A DNA stretch of 64,000 nucleotides from positions 9,808 to 73,807 of the IMG/VR virus record IMGVR_UViG_3300031555_007195. One strand, written 5' to 3'. The stretch is from a virus (taxonomy: Duplodnaviria; Caudoviricetes). Numbering within the stretch: position 1 is the stretch's first letter; each line of letters opens with the position of its first letter. The notes beneath the pieces are model-generated. The model did no database searches. It saw only the letters and a list, made by a program, of their open reading frames with translations, and was not told the origin of the DNA. The position numbers and the translations under genes were made by a program. Below are positions 19,200 to 28,865 of the stretch, in pieces.

Positions 19200-19567
19200 A
19201 TGTCATTTACCACTTTTACACCGTCAACATATCCTGCGAGTTTCAAGCACTCAACAGCAATCTGCGGAATTTCTCCTGTTTCAAAAACCTTCTCGACAAT
19301 TTCCATTGGGTCAACACAGCCGAACTCTGTCTGCAATTCTTTTGACTTAAGACAGGGTTCAACCACGCATGAGTAAACCATATAAGCATCACCGTTGTCC
19401 ATTTCTTGTGCATCACGGGCGAGTGCTGCTGTCGGACTTTCGATTGTGATAGTTCCGTCAAGAGACTTTACATACAGCTCGGCTGTTTTAGGTTTCTTCT
19501 TGCTTTCAAGCATCTGTTCTTTTCTGCGGATAAGTTCCTGCAGAGTGATTTTTGTATTCTTATTCAT
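19187..19567 (-). CDS. Tail assembly chaperone (XkdN-like)
   Basis: Between tube and tape measure; VVEPCLKSKELQ...F..GEI motif. Confidence 0.82.
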   Translation of the reverse strand: MNKNTKITLQELIRRKEQMLESKKKPKTAELYVKSLDGTITIESPTAALARDAQEMDNGDAYMVYSCVVEPCLKSKELQTEFGCVDPMEIVEKVFETGEIPQIAVECLKLAGYVDGVKVVNDIKNS

Positions 19568-19573
19568 GAAAAA

Positions 19574-20014
19574 TTACCTCACTTTCACTAAATCCGGGAA
19601 GTAGTAATCGGTGAAGCCACCGCTGTATTCCTCGTCAATCATCTTTGCGTTTTCAAACTTCTGAAGAGTAAGCTCGTTAAACCAAGCATTCTCAATTACA
19701 AGTCTTTCGCTGCCGTATGCATCAGGGTCATCAATTTTTGAAATGATCTGAATACGGACATCCTGACCTTGTTTTATTTTTTCGGAAAGGAGCTGTGCTC
19801 CACGAGAGAACACTTTCTTAACCTTCATGCTCCATTCACCCGTGAGACCTGTCATTTTGGAGTCCTTTGCCATCTGCATAACAAAGTCAACATCCTCACG
19901 CTCAATTTTCACCTTTGCTTCGTATGAATCAGTTTCGTAAACAGGCTCTCCATCAATGTAAACCATGCCCCATTTACCATTCATAACTCTTGGTGCTGTA
20001 GGTTTTACTGCCAT
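19574..20014 (-). CDS. Tail tube protein (XkdM-like)
   Basis: NGKWG, ISKIDDPDAYGSER and GFTDY motifs. Confidence 0.88.
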   Translation of the reverse strand: MAVKPTAPRVMNGKWGMVYIDGEPVYETDSYEAKVKIEREDVDFVMQMAKDSKMTGLTGEWSMKVKKVFSRGAQLLSEKIKQGQDVRIQIISKIDDPDAYGSERLVIENAWFNELTLQKFENAKMIDEEYSGGFTDYYFPDLVKVR

Positions 20015-20028
20015 GTTCGGATACCTCC

Positions 20029-21084
20029 TTATTCAATGTAAATTCTGAAGTTCAAATCTTCGATAGCATCTTGGATTTGAATGTTTGCTTTTACAAACAC
20101 ATTTGTGCCTGTATTTGCGGTCTTGATTTTTTCATCATCCCAACTTGATACATCCTTTGTTTGGCTAAGCCATTCACGGGTTGCATCAATATCGATTTCA
20201 GCCTTGTTGTCGAACTGGTCATAAAGAACACCACGGCTTGCAAGGTCTTTGAAATACTTATTGACCGCAGCTATAAATACGATTTTGTTATCGTATGAGT
20301 TTTCAACCTTACCGACAAACTCATCCTCGAATGTGTTTCTGATATCATCACGAATCATATCCACAGCTTCGACAATCTTAATCTTTGCAAAGTCGGAACT
20401 CTTATTTTCTGTAAACTCCGTAAGAGAGTTAACACCTCTTGCAATCTTGATTTTTGTACCATCATTAATGAGGATAAGTTTTCCGTTGTCGATGTCTGCA
20501 TCGGGAGTAATGCTTTCGGTAATACTCTCAACTTCGGGAAGTGCATAGTATGTGGCACTTCTGTTAAGAGGAAGTCCTGCAAGGATACCTGCTATTCTCG
20601 GTGCAAATTCAGCGGTTGTATATGTTTTTGAACCAACCTTGATGTTGTCGGTTTCAAAATTAATAATGCCTTCAAATCCGGCAGAACAATGCGGAAGAAT
20701 GGCTTTGAATGTCTTATGGTTCTGATTACGCATTTCGGTAATGAAACCGACAACAGAATCAATTTCATCATCTGTGATTTGCGGAACCGTTAAGTAATAC
20801 CATTGCTTGTTTACCAATCTTTCAAGAGCTACATTGACATCATCATCGGTTCTTACTCTCTCAACGATAACCTTTGAAGGACTGCCCATAAAAATGAGCT
20901 GTAAAAAAGCGAGATTCGTTGCCGTAAAATGGCTTTTTATAATCTCGCTCTCTTTTGTGTAGGTATATGTTTCTGTAGTGTTGCTGTTGTCCTTTAAGAT
21001 GACAGCAACAATGCCTCGTTCACTTCTTGAAATGATAGTTTCTGCGAGGGTCTTAAATTCAATTAAAATTTTAGGAAGTCCCAT
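20029..21084 (-). CDS. Tail sheath protein (XkdK-like)
   Basis: MGLPKILIEFK, RIAGILAGLPL, KIARGVNSL and DAIEDL motifs. Confidence 0.9.
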   Translation of the reverse strand: MGLPKILIEFKTLAETIISRSERGIVAVILKDNSNTTETYTYTKESEIIKSHFTATNLAFLQLIFMGSPSKVIVERVRTDDDVNVALERLVNKQWYYLTVPQITDDEIDSVVGFITEMRNQNHKTFKAILPHCSAGFEGIINFETDNIKVGSKTYTTAEFAPRIAGILAGLPLNRSATYYALPEVESITESITPDADIDNGKLILINDGTKIKIARGVNSLTEFTENKSSDFAKIKIVEAVDMIRDDIRNTFEDEFVGKVENSYDNKIVFIAAVNKYFKDLASRGVLYDQFDNKAEIDIDATREWLSQTKDVSSWDDEKIKTANTGTNVFVKANIQIQDAIEDLNFRIYIE

Positions 21085-21514
21085 GACTACCTGTCACCAC
21101 ACTTTCATTTAATGATTTCATTTTAGGAGTTTTTGTTGTTTTCCTATTTGTTTCCTGTAGGAACTCAAGCTCAAAGTATGCAAGCAGAGTTGATTTGTCA
21201 GCATCGAATGTTATTTCATTGATTGACAAATATCTGTCATCAACTTTGAGAGGAGTGGTAAGAAATATCTTCTTGAAATCTTCAGCGGTTTTTATAAGTT
21301 CCTCTTTGGTTTCGATTGCCGGGAAGTATGCGATTTCTACGCTGTCCGTTACAAGTTCAGAAAACTGATTCTGTACTTCTACATTGACGGGCATAACCTC
21401 AATAAAACAAGCAGGCTTTGAAAAACCTTCTTTGACCTCCGAAGCAATGACAGAGTAATCATTTTTCTTTAGGAGCTTTGCAACCGCTGTTTGTATATCT
21501 TTTAAGTCAATCAT
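21071..21514 (-). CDS. Tail terminator/neck protein
   Basis: Position; EGFSKPACFIE motif. Confidence 0.6.
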   Translation of the reverse strand: MIDLKDIQTAVAKLLKKNDYSVIASEVKEGFSKPACFIEVMPVNVEVQNQFSELVTDSVEIAYFPAIETKEELIKTAEDFKKIFLTTPLKVDDRYLSINEITFDADKSTLLAYFELEFLQETNRKTTKTPKMKSLNESVVTGSHGTS

Positions 21515-21975
21515 AATTCAACCTCTTTCACGAGGTCGGCAAGGAGCTTCTCTGCCGACTTATCGAATGTATTTTCGATGTCAGATAAAGCAGAAGAAAT
21601 CATATGTTTACCTTCAACTCGACCGCCGGACTTAACACCTCGAACAGCTCTTTGCAAGACATTCAGTTTTCGTCCGTTTTTACTGCCTTTGCCACCCGTT
21701 ACAACCTCATGTCCATCTTCAACAAGATGGGCATATCTGTGTGCGGATTGCATACGGGCGACTCGTGCTTTGCCATAAACTTTCGGCTTTTTAGCTCTCC
21801 ATGTGGATTTGAGCTTTTTGGTTTTACCTATAGGAGTTTTGCTTTTGGTTCGGTTGGCTGCAACACGAGTCATTGCCATAAGCATTGCATCGGTTTTGTT
21901 TGGGTATTTTTGCTCTATACGATTAAAGGCTTTCTGCAAATCTTCAAAACCGAAAGTACCATCATCTTTAGCCAT
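21511..21975 (-). CDS. HK97 gp10-like tail-completion protein
   Basis: KTPIGKTKKLKSTW and YAHLVEDGH motifs. Confidence 0.8.
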   Translation of the reverse strand: MAKDDGTFGFEDLQKAFNRIEQKYPNKTDAMLMAMTRVAANRTKSKTPIGKTKKLKSTWRAKKPKVYGKARVARMQSAHRYAHLVEDGHEVVTGGKGSKNGRKLNVLQRAVRGVKSGGRVEGKHMISSALSDIENTFDKSAEKLLADLVKEVEL

Positions 21976-22459
21976 CGTATTCCTCGGTATCAAAATTCTG
22001 TGCTGTTGTTTTATCCTTTTCGGTAGCCACTATTTGAAGCTCCTCATGTCTACCATTAAGGTCGAGAATTGATACGATTTCAAACTCCCTGTTGTCATAC
22101 AAAATATGCATATCCTGTGTAATCCTCGGAAAGAAACGGGTTGATATTTTGTATGTGGTTTCGGTACGGAGTTTTTGGCTTTCTTCGTACTCTCTGCCAC
22201 TCATGGGAACAACAAGTCCTGCAACAGAGAAGTTTTTAAGTGCCAACTTATGAGCATAAGGTTTGCCGTTATTGTATTCTAATATGGCATTGCCGTCATT
22301 GTCATAAGTCAAATAAACCTTATCTGCATCTACCTGAAGAGGCAAAGGAAGAAAAGGCTTGAATGGTTTGTATCTCGGTACAGTTTCACCCATAGAATTT
22401 GTTTTCATATCTGTAGGATGAAGGAATATAATTCTGTGCCTTAATTTTGAAAAGTTCAT
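21968..22459 (-). CDS. Head closure protein (gp16-like) with internal insertion
   Basis: LRHRI, GREY, TTYKISTR and IVSILD...EL motifs. Confidence 0.75.
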   Translation of the reverse strand: MNFSKLRHRIIFLHPTDMKTNSMGETVPRYKPFKPFLPLPLQVDADKVYLTYDNDGNAILEYNNGKPYAHKLALKNFSVAGLVVPMSGREYEESQKLRTETTYKISTRFFPRITQDMHILYDNREFEIVSILDLNGRHEELQIVATEKDKTTAQNFDTEEYDG

Positions 22460-22716
22460 CAGAACACCTCGTTTCTATAATCATCCAAAAGACGGTACAC
22501 CGCTTTTGGGAGAGGTGTGCCATCTCTGTGTTCAAAGTAGTGAGAAATTACCAAGAGCTGTGCAAGTCTTATACTTTCAATCTGCTCGGTCGGGAGCTCC
22601 TTCCGAAGATAGTTCTCGCATAATTCCTTTGCAAGAAGCAGAAGGACGGAAATATATCCGTCCTCCGCATCTGTATCAAGTCTTAAAAATTCCTTTACTT
22701 CATCAATCGTCAGCAT
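22459..22716 (-). CDS. Head-tail connector (gp6-like)
   Basis: LTIDEVKEFLRLD...ED, HYFEHR and LLDDYR motifs. Confidence 0.82.
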   Translation of the reverse strand: MLTIDEVKEFLRLDTDAEDGYISVLLLLAKELCENYLRKELPTEQIESIRLAQLLVISHYFEHRDGTPLPKAVYRLLDDYRNEVF

Positions 22717-22879
22717 TGGCTTTTGCACCTGCCTTCGGCTTTGATGCAGTTATCTTAATCTCTTCCGCAAGGTTGCCTTCAACGAGGTCTTTTCCGACCT
22801 CGTTGGTTACATCGACAACATCGCCTTTTTTGTATGAGAACTTAAGTCCGCTGCATCCCTTAAGAATTTTTATCTTCAT
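22703..22879 (-). CDS. Small post-capsid protein, 58 aa (absent from ORF track)
   Basis: MKIKILKGCSGLKFSYKKGDVVDV...LVEGNLAEE; GAGGTG RBS; fills the capsid-to-connector gap. Confidence 0.65.
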   Translation of the reverse strand: MKIKILKGCSGLKFSYKKGDVVDVTNEVGKDLVEGNLAEEIKITASKPKAGAKANADD

Positions 22880-22890
22880 AAGGCATCACC

Positions 22891-24093
22891 TCACGCATTC
22901 TTCATTTTGAGAACCTTCATTGCTTCGGGAAGGATGAGTTTACCATCAAGTCTCTTTGTAGCAAGGAATCCTACCTGACCGCTGTCAGCAAATCTTTCAT
23001 TGAGTCTCTTGAAAGTAATACCTTCACGGTCACCAATCCAATAGTAAGTGAAGTCACCGAAAATAACGGGCTTCTGTCCAGCTTTGAGTTCAGGCATGAA
23101 AGGTGAAGTGTATACTTTCTTACCGAGAATGGTTTCATAATCTCCGGCATGAAGTGCAGGCTGCCACAAATACTGTCCGTTTTCGTCCTTGAGCTTTCTG
23201 ATAGCCGCAACCGTAGCATCGTTAAGAACCCAAACTGCATTCTTACGATAAGGCGCTTTAAGGCTATAGAAAAGGTCTACAATATCATCGGCGGTAATAG
23301 CTGTAGCGGATGCGGTTGTAATACCGATTTCTGCACCGCCATCATCGGCAAGTACACCGAGAGGCTTCTTAACACCGTTACCTGTGAAGAAGGATTCTTC
23401 TTCCTTGTCACCGATTCTTCTTGTGAACTCTGCAGAGAAATATGACTCAAGGTCGAAAGCAGAATCGTTAAGAAGTTCTTCCGAAACCTTAATAATTGTA
23501 CCAACCTTGTGTGCATCAATCTGCTGCTGACCGAATGTATCATCACCATCGGGAATAATACCTTCTTCTTCAACCCAAGAAGCGGTGCCTTTTTCAGTTA
23601 CAATCGGAATCTTGTGACTACCGCTGTTCGTGGTGATAACGGTTGCGTGCTTACGAACAATAGTCTCGTTTTCAAGAGACTGCACAAGAGTTTTTTCAAA
23701 CTCGTCCGGCACAAGGTAACCACCTTCAGAATCGACACCTTCCTGAAGTGCGTTTCTTACTTCATAGGAAACAGAGCCGTTTTTAGCTCTTGCCTGATTC
23801 CAAAACGCATCCTTATAACTGTCGGAAGCACGACCTGTCTTTTTATCTTCCTTTGCAGTTACAGGCTTTTCGGTAATAGGTGTGGATACAGGCTTTGAAA
23901 GCTGGGCATCCATAGCTTCGAGTCTTTCCATTCTGCCGATTGCTTCATCGTACTTTTTGATGCTCTTTTCCATGTCATCGTATGTAGCACTATCTTCAGC
24001 AGAAAGGATTCCGTCAGTAGCGTGTGCTTCCAAGAATGCTTTAGCTGCTTCAAATGCCTTTGCTCTTTTGTTACGCATTTCAATAATATTCAT
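22891..24093 (-). CDS. Major capsid protein, HK97 fold
   Basis: Coiled-coil delta domain, EGGYLVPDEF, FGDFTYY and RLDGK motifs. Confidence 0.93.
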   Translation of the reverse strand: MNIIEMRNKRAKAFEAAKAFLEAHATDGILSAEDSATYDDMEKSIKKYDEAIGRMERLEAMDAQLSKPVSTPITEKPVTAKEDKKTGRASDSYKDAFWNQARAKNGSVSYEVRNALQEGVDSEGGYLVPDEFEKTLVQSLENETIVRKHATVITTNSGSHKIPIVTEKGTASWVEEEGIIPDGDDTFGQQQIDAHKVGTIIKVSEELLNDSAFDLESYFSAEFTRRIGDKEEESFFTGNGVKKPLGVLADDGGAEIGITTASATAITADDIVDLFYSLKAPYRKNAVWVLNDATVAAIRKLKDENGQYLWQPALHAGDYETILGKKVYTSPFMPELKAGQKPVIFGDFTYYWIGDREGITFKRLNERFADSGQVGFLATKRLDGKLILPEAMKVLKMKNA

Positions 24094-24112
24094 AATTAAA
24101 ATCCTCCTTAAA

Positions 24113-24976
24113 TTATCTCTTCATAAGATTTAATCGTTCCATAAGTTCACTTACAGAGCGACCGCTTTGGGGATTAGCGGTGTTGGTTGTTTTGGGTGAG
24201 TTATAATGCTGTGAAAGTTTTGTCATCAATGCATTGTCCGATGCTCTTCTTGAGAACATCATTGCACTAACTGTGTTTTCCGAAGGTGCCGGAGGAGTAG
24301 ACTTTTTCTTTTCCTCCTCATCATCGGTTTCTTCTTCGGGAGTTTCAGCCGGAGGAGTATCCTCGGTCTGTTCAGGTGTTGCTTCTTCAGTTCCGAGTTC
24401 GATTTCTTCTTCGTCCTCGTCATCCTCATCGTTGTTTCTGAAAAGAATGTCATCCGCAAAACCAAGCTCCACAGCTTTGTAAGCATTCATCCATGTTTCG
24501 GAATCCATAAGGTGTGATATCTTTGCTCTCGACATTCCTGTCTTGAGATGATAAGCATTGATGATGGATTCCTTGACCTCATCAAGCATCTCGATTGCTT
24601 TCTGCATATCCCCGGCATTGCCCATTGCAACTGTCATAGGGTTATGAATCATAAGCATTGAGACGGGCGACATTAAAACTGTATTGCCTGCCATAGCAAT
24701 AACAGATGCTGCCGATGCAGCGATGCCATCAATTTTGATGGTTACATTGCCGTTGTAATCCTTCAGCATATTGTAAATCTGTGCGGCAGCTACACAGTCA
24801 CCACCGGGAGAGTTAATCCAAACAGTTACATCACCGTCCCCGGAGAACAATTCATCTTTAAAAAGCTGTGGTGTGACATCATCATCAAACCAGCTCTCTT
24901 CGGCGATTGTTCCGTTGAGGTGAAGAATCCTTGCTTGGGTCTCCTCGTTGTTCGTCCAGTTCCAGAACTTCTTCAT
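24113..24976 (-). CDS. ClpP-like head maturation protease
   Basis: INSPGGD, GIAASAASVI, MIHNP and ETWMNA..A...GFAD motifs. Confidence 0.92.
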   Translation of the reverse strand: MKKFWNWTNNEETQARILHLNGTIAEESWFDDDVTPQLFKDELFSGDGDVTVWINSPGGDCVAAAQIYNMLKDYNGNVTIKIDGIAASAASVIAMAGNTVLMSPVSMLMIHNPMTVAMGNAGDMQKAIEMLDEVKESIINAYHLKTGMSRAKISHLMDSETWMNAYKAVELGFADDILFRNNDEDDEDEEEIELGTEEATPEQTEDTPPAETPEEETDDEEEKKKSTPPAPSENTVSAMMFSRRASDNALMTKLSQHYNSPKTTNTANPQSGRSVSELMERLNLMKR

Positions 24977-26234
24977 TTTCTTCGCTTACCTCCTTATCGG
25001 TATTTATATTTGCAAAAGCTCCGGCATTACCAAGCGGAAGCATATTGCCGTTAATTAAGTAAAGGTCACCACCAAGTTCAACAGGGATGCGGTCGAGATT
25101 TTCAAGCTCACGGATATCGTTTGCACTCATCCAACCGTTCTGTCTTGCGATGGAGTAACCATTCATTCTGCTCTGATAATCACCACGGAGCAGACCTTCA
25201 AGATTGAATTTGATAAAATACTCCTTTTTCTCATCGATGGTAAACAAGGCACGAGCCATTGATTGTTCCCAACGAAGCACCCACGGGTCAAGGGTGTATT
25301 TTACGAACTCAAGAGACTGTTGCTCTATATTAGAAAAGCTCGACTTCTCAAGGTCACCAACCATATGCGGTGGCACTCTGAAAATACGAGCTATTTCATT
25401 GATTTGAAACTTTCTTGTTTCCAAGAATTGTGCTTGTTCCGGGGAAATTGAAATAGTTGTATATTTCATTCCTTCCTCTAAAACAGCAACCTTGCCGGAG
25501 TTTGACGAACCACCAAATTGGCTCTGCCAAGCATCACGGACTTTTGAGGGGTCTTTTATTGTTCCGGGGTGTTCAAGTACACCACTCGGTGCAGCACCAT
25601 TAGCAAAGAACTTGGCCCCAAATTCCTCGCAGGCAATTGCCATACCGATTGCATTTTTCGCCATAGCTATAGGCGAATAACCTACAAGACCGTCAAAACC
25701 AAGACCGGGGATGTGAAGTACATCGTAAGGTTTCAGAATAACAGACGAGCCTTCCATTGTATGAGCTTCTTCATTTGCTCTTTGATAGGTGTAATACAGC
25801 TGTCCGTTTTCATCTCTGTCAACAGTCATCTTATTCGGCATCAAAGGATACAGAGCGATGACTTCACCTTTGCCGTTTCGGATAATTTGTGCATAAGCAT
25901 TACCCCAAAGCAAGAGGTGTGTCATAAGGGTTTCCCTAAATACAAAAGAGCTCATTTCCGGGTTTGGTTCATCATGTAAAAGCAAATACAACGGATGGTC
26001 GATAGCTTTTTCTTTGCCACCGTCCTCGTTATATTTGTAAATGTGAAGTGGCAGACCTGCAATTGCTTCAGCAAGTATCCTTACACAAGAATACACCGCT
26101 GTCATCTGCATAGCTGACCTTTCGTTTACAGGCTTACCTGATGTTGAGCCACCCATAAAGAAAGTGAAGTTACTGCCAACAGTTCTGTTTTGAGGCTTAT
26201 CCCTTGAACGGAATATTCCTTTTAAGATTCCCAT
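24885..26234 (-). CDS. Portal protein, HK97 family
   Basis: HDEPNPEM, LLWGNAYA, GLVGYSPI, QFLETR and SNIEQQ motifs. Confidence 0.93.
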   Translation of the reverse strand: MGILKGIFRSRDKPQNRTVGSNFTFFMGGSTSGKPVNERSAMQMTAVYSCVRILAEAIAGLPLHIYKYNEDGGKEKAIDHPLYLLLHDEPNPEMSSFVFRETLMTHLLLWGNAYAQIIRNGKGEVIALYPLMPNKMTVDRDENGQLYYTYQRANEEAHTMEGSSVILKPYDVLHIPGLGFDGLVGYSPIAMAKNAIGMAIACEEFGAKFFANGAAPSGVLEHPGTIKDPSKVRDAWQSQFGGSSNSGKVAVLEEGMKYTTISISPEQAQFLETRKFQINEIARIFRVPPHMVGDLEKSSFSNIEQQSLEFVKYTLDPWVLRWEQSMARALFTIDEKKEYFIKFNLEGLLRGDYQSRMNGYSIARQNGWMSANDIRELENLDRIPVELGGDLYLINGNMLPLGNAGAFANINTDKEVSEENEEVLELDEQRGDPSKDSSPQRNNRRRELV

Positions 26235-26248
26235 ATCGTATCAACCTC

Positions 26249-27853
26249 CTAAATAAACAAAATACCACGCTCGTCATAGACACTTTCGGTTGTGTCATTG
26301 CCGCAGCGGATTGCTCGGTCAAGTGCCATAATGGTAGCAACCGCACCGTCAATCTTTTCTGTAGATTTTGCTTTGTCTGCTTTTATATTTCCTGCAGGGT
26401 CAGTTTTGATATAAATGTTATCCATCATCCAACGAAGAACAGGATGTCCGCCGTGAGCAAGTTTCTTTTCCATTGCAAGTTTCATCAGTTCTTTGGTGGG
26501 CGGTGACATATCTTTGTAACCCTGTCCGAATGGAACCACAGTAAATCCCATACCTTCAAGGTTCTGAACCATCTGCACAGCACCCCAACGGTCATATGCT
26601 ATTTCACGGATGTTATATTTTTCACCCAAGGATTCAATGAATTTTTCTATGTATCCGTAATGTACAACATTGCCTTCTGTAGTCATAAGCAAGTCTTGTC
26701 GTTCCCAAGTATCATACGGAACATGGTCACGGCGAACACGAAGGTCTACATTGTCTTCAGGAATCCAAAAGTATGGAAGGATAATATATTTATCGTCCTC
26801 ATCTTCGGGTGGGAATACTAATACAAAAGCCGTGATATCCGTTGTGCTTGAAAGGTCAAGCCCACCGTAGCATACACGACCTTCAAGTTCGGATTTGTCT
26901 ACAGGAAATGCACAACCATCCCACACAGTCATTGGCATCCAACGAACTGCCTGTTTAACCCATTGGTTAAGTCGAAGCTGACGGAAGGCATTCTCTTCAC
27001 CGGGATTTTGTTTTGCCTGTTCACAGGCTTGCTGAACTTTGTCTATGCCAACTGTAACACCAAGAGAGGGATTGGCTTTCTGCCAAACCTTCGGGTCAGT
27101 CCAATCATCGTCATCATCAGCACCATAAATCACGGGGTAGAAAGTTGGGTCAACCTTTCGACCTTCAATAATATCTTTTGCTTTTTGATGTGTTTCATAG
27201 CAAATGGATTGTGTATCATTTCCGGCTGTGGTAATAAGAAAATACAAAGGTTGCATTCTTGCGTCACCCGAACCTTTGGTCATAACATCAAAGAGCTTCC
27301 TGTTAGGCTGGGTATGAAGTTCATCGAAAATAACACCGTGGGTATTAAAGCCGTGCTTGTTTGCAACGTCCGCCGACAGAGCCTTGTACTTACTTCCCGT
27401 AGGATTATAAGTCATTGTCTTTTGACTTGCCTGGATTGTCATTTTATTCTTAAGCAATGGACTTCGTCTTACCATTTCCAAAGCAACATCGAAAACGATA
27501 CGAGCCTGATCTTTATCTGCAGCACAACCATAAACTTCTGCACCGGGTTCAAAGTCTGCACAAAGAAGATACAGAGCAACGGCAGCCGCAAGTTCTGACT
27601 TGCCTTGTTTTTTGGGTATCTCAATGTATGCGGTATTGAACTGTCGGTATCCGTTTGGTTTAAGAACCCCAAAAATATCACGAATAATTTGTTCCTGCCA
27701 ATCTATAAGTTCAAAGGGTTTTCCGTCCCATGTACCTTTTGTATGACAGCAGAATTTTTCTATAAAGCATACTGCGTGGTCGGCGGCATCTTTGTCATAG
27801 TAGCTATCCTTTGCCATAAATCTTGTCGGCTTATAGTTTTTCAGTTTTCGCAA
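26249..27853 (-). CDS. Terminase large subunit
   Basis: PKKQGKSEL Walker A, FDELH Walker B, GGLDLSSTTD and KIDGAVA nuclease motifs. Confidence 0.95.
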   Translation of the reverse strand: MRKLKNYKPTRFMAKDSYYDKDAADHAVCFIEKFCCHTKGTWDGKPFELIDWQEQIIRDIFGVLKPNGYRQFNTAYIEIPKKQGKSELAAAVALYLLCADFEPGAEVYGCAADKDQARIVFDVALEMVRRSPLLKNKMTIQASQKTMTYNPTGSKYKALSADVANKHGFNTHGVIFDELHTQPNRKLFDVMTKGSGDARMQPLYFLITTAGNDTQSICYETHQKAKDIIEGRKVDPTFYPVIYGADDDDDWTDPKVWQKANPSLGVTVGIDKVQQACEQAKQNPGEENAFRQLRLNQWVKQAVRWMPMTVWDGCAFPVDKSELEGRVCYGGLDLSSTTDITAFVLVFPPEDEDDKYIILPYFWIPEDNVDLRVRRDHVPYDTWERQDLLMTTEGNVVHYGYIEKFIESLGEKYNIREIAYDRWGAVQMVQNLEGMGFTVVPFGQGYKDMSPPTKELMKLAMEKKLAHGGHPVLRWMMDNIYIKTDPAGNIKADKAKSTEKIDGAVATIMALDRAIRCGNDTTESVYDERGILFI

Positions 27854-27950
27854 ATGCTGTCACCTCCTAAAAATGGGTATATAAATAAGACCATTTCAGG
27901 TCTTTGGTGTAACGAGGAACAGAGCCTTTCAGCTCCGTTCGGTTTTTATT

Positions 27951-28178
27951 TTAGAAATTTTCTGTATGAACAAGGATTTCGTAAGCAAGTTGCGTTTCTT
28001 CATCGACAGGCTTAACATCCCAACCTCTGTCATAGTTGCAAACTGTCTTGCCATCTCGTTTCAACATCAGCTTTGAAATTTTACCGCCTTCGATGCCGTA
28101 TTGAGAACCCACTTCATAAACCTTTATCCAATAATGGAAGATGCTGTTGTAAACCTTCAAAGAACCTTCTTTCCACAT
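27951..28178 (-). CDS. Hypothetical moron protein
   Basis: 75 aa, GGAGG RBS; GKISKL and NYDRGWD motifs. Confidence 0.65.
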   Translation of the reverse strand: MWKEGSLKVYNSIFHYWIKVYEVGSQYGIEGGKISKLMLKRDGKTVCNYDRGWDVKPVDEETQLAYEILVHTENF

Positions 28179-28191
28179 TTCGAGCACCTCC

Positions 28192-28554
28192 TTATATGCA
28201 AAGCATTTTGATTGCGGGAATGCGTTTCTTGCTGTTTGAGCCGGCCTCTGTGTATCTTGCGTTCACTTCCGTAAGTCCTGCCATTTGAAAGCCGTGTTTC
28301 TGAAACTCTGCAAGGGTTTCTATAAGGCTTGAGAATGTGCTTGAAATTGTGAATTCGTAAATGCCGTTTGCCTTGAGGCAGGTTGCAATGTCCTCAATTT
28401 CGTGTTCCCAAATGACCTCGTTGAAATCAATTTTATCGTTCTCGGTTTCTTCAAGGTTACGGTATGCCCAAAAAAGTGTAGGGTTAATTCCAACCTCTCG
28501 AAGGTTAGGAACTTTGTTTTCGATTGCCTTTTCAAATACTTCAATTTTCTTCAT
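28192..28554 (-). CDS. Hypothetical moron protein
   Basis: 120 aa, GGAGG RBS, own upstream promoter. Confidence 0.65.
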   Translation of the reverse strand: MKKIEVFEKAIENKVPNLREVGINPTLFWAYRNLEETENDKIDFNEVIWEHEIEDIATCLKANGIYEFTISSTFSSLIETLAEFQKHGFQMAGLTEVNARYTEAGSNSKKRIPAIKMLCI

Positions 28555-28601
28555 TTCTGAATCCTCCAAATAATGTGTTTTTATCCTTTTCGGTAGTACA
28601 C

Positions 28602-28647
28602 ATATTACCTCTAAATGTACATATTATCAAGTCATTTAGAGGTAATA
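28602..28647 (-). promoter_or_regulatory. Promoter TTGATA-N17-TAATAT overlapped by a perfect 15 bp inverted repeat
   Basis: TATTACCTCTAAATG (28603-28617) and CATTTAGAGGTAATA (28633-28647). Confidence 0.65.
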
Positions 28648-28682
28648 AACTACACAAATATTCGTGGCTTAAATTGTGGATT

Positions 28683-28865
28683 TTACTCTTCGGATTCGCC
28701 TGTTAAAATGAACTTTACATACTCTGCTCGATTGTATTCCAAGAATAACACGAGGTCAAAATATCCCATGTTCTTGGCAAGCTGATAGACTCTCTGAACA
28801 TCAAACATATTTGTAAGACCTGTTGCTCTAATACTAAGAATCTGCTCTTTAACTTTCTCATTCAT
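28683..28865 (-). CDS. DUF5049-like small protein
   Basis: EQILSIRATGLTNMFD...V...A pattern. Confidence 0.7.
   Translation of the reverse strand: MNEKVKEQILSIRATGLTNMFDVQRVYQLAKNMGYFDLVLFLEYNRAEYVKFILTGESEE

Noticed and set aside
24885-24976. 92 nt portal/ClpP overlap as a frameshift or pseudogene
   Set aside because: Both genes have complete conserved domains and ClpP has its own GGAGG RBS; the overlap is a low-complexity portal tail.
26963-27598. 211 aa plus-strand ORF
   Set aside because: Antisense to the terminase large subunit; no independent support.
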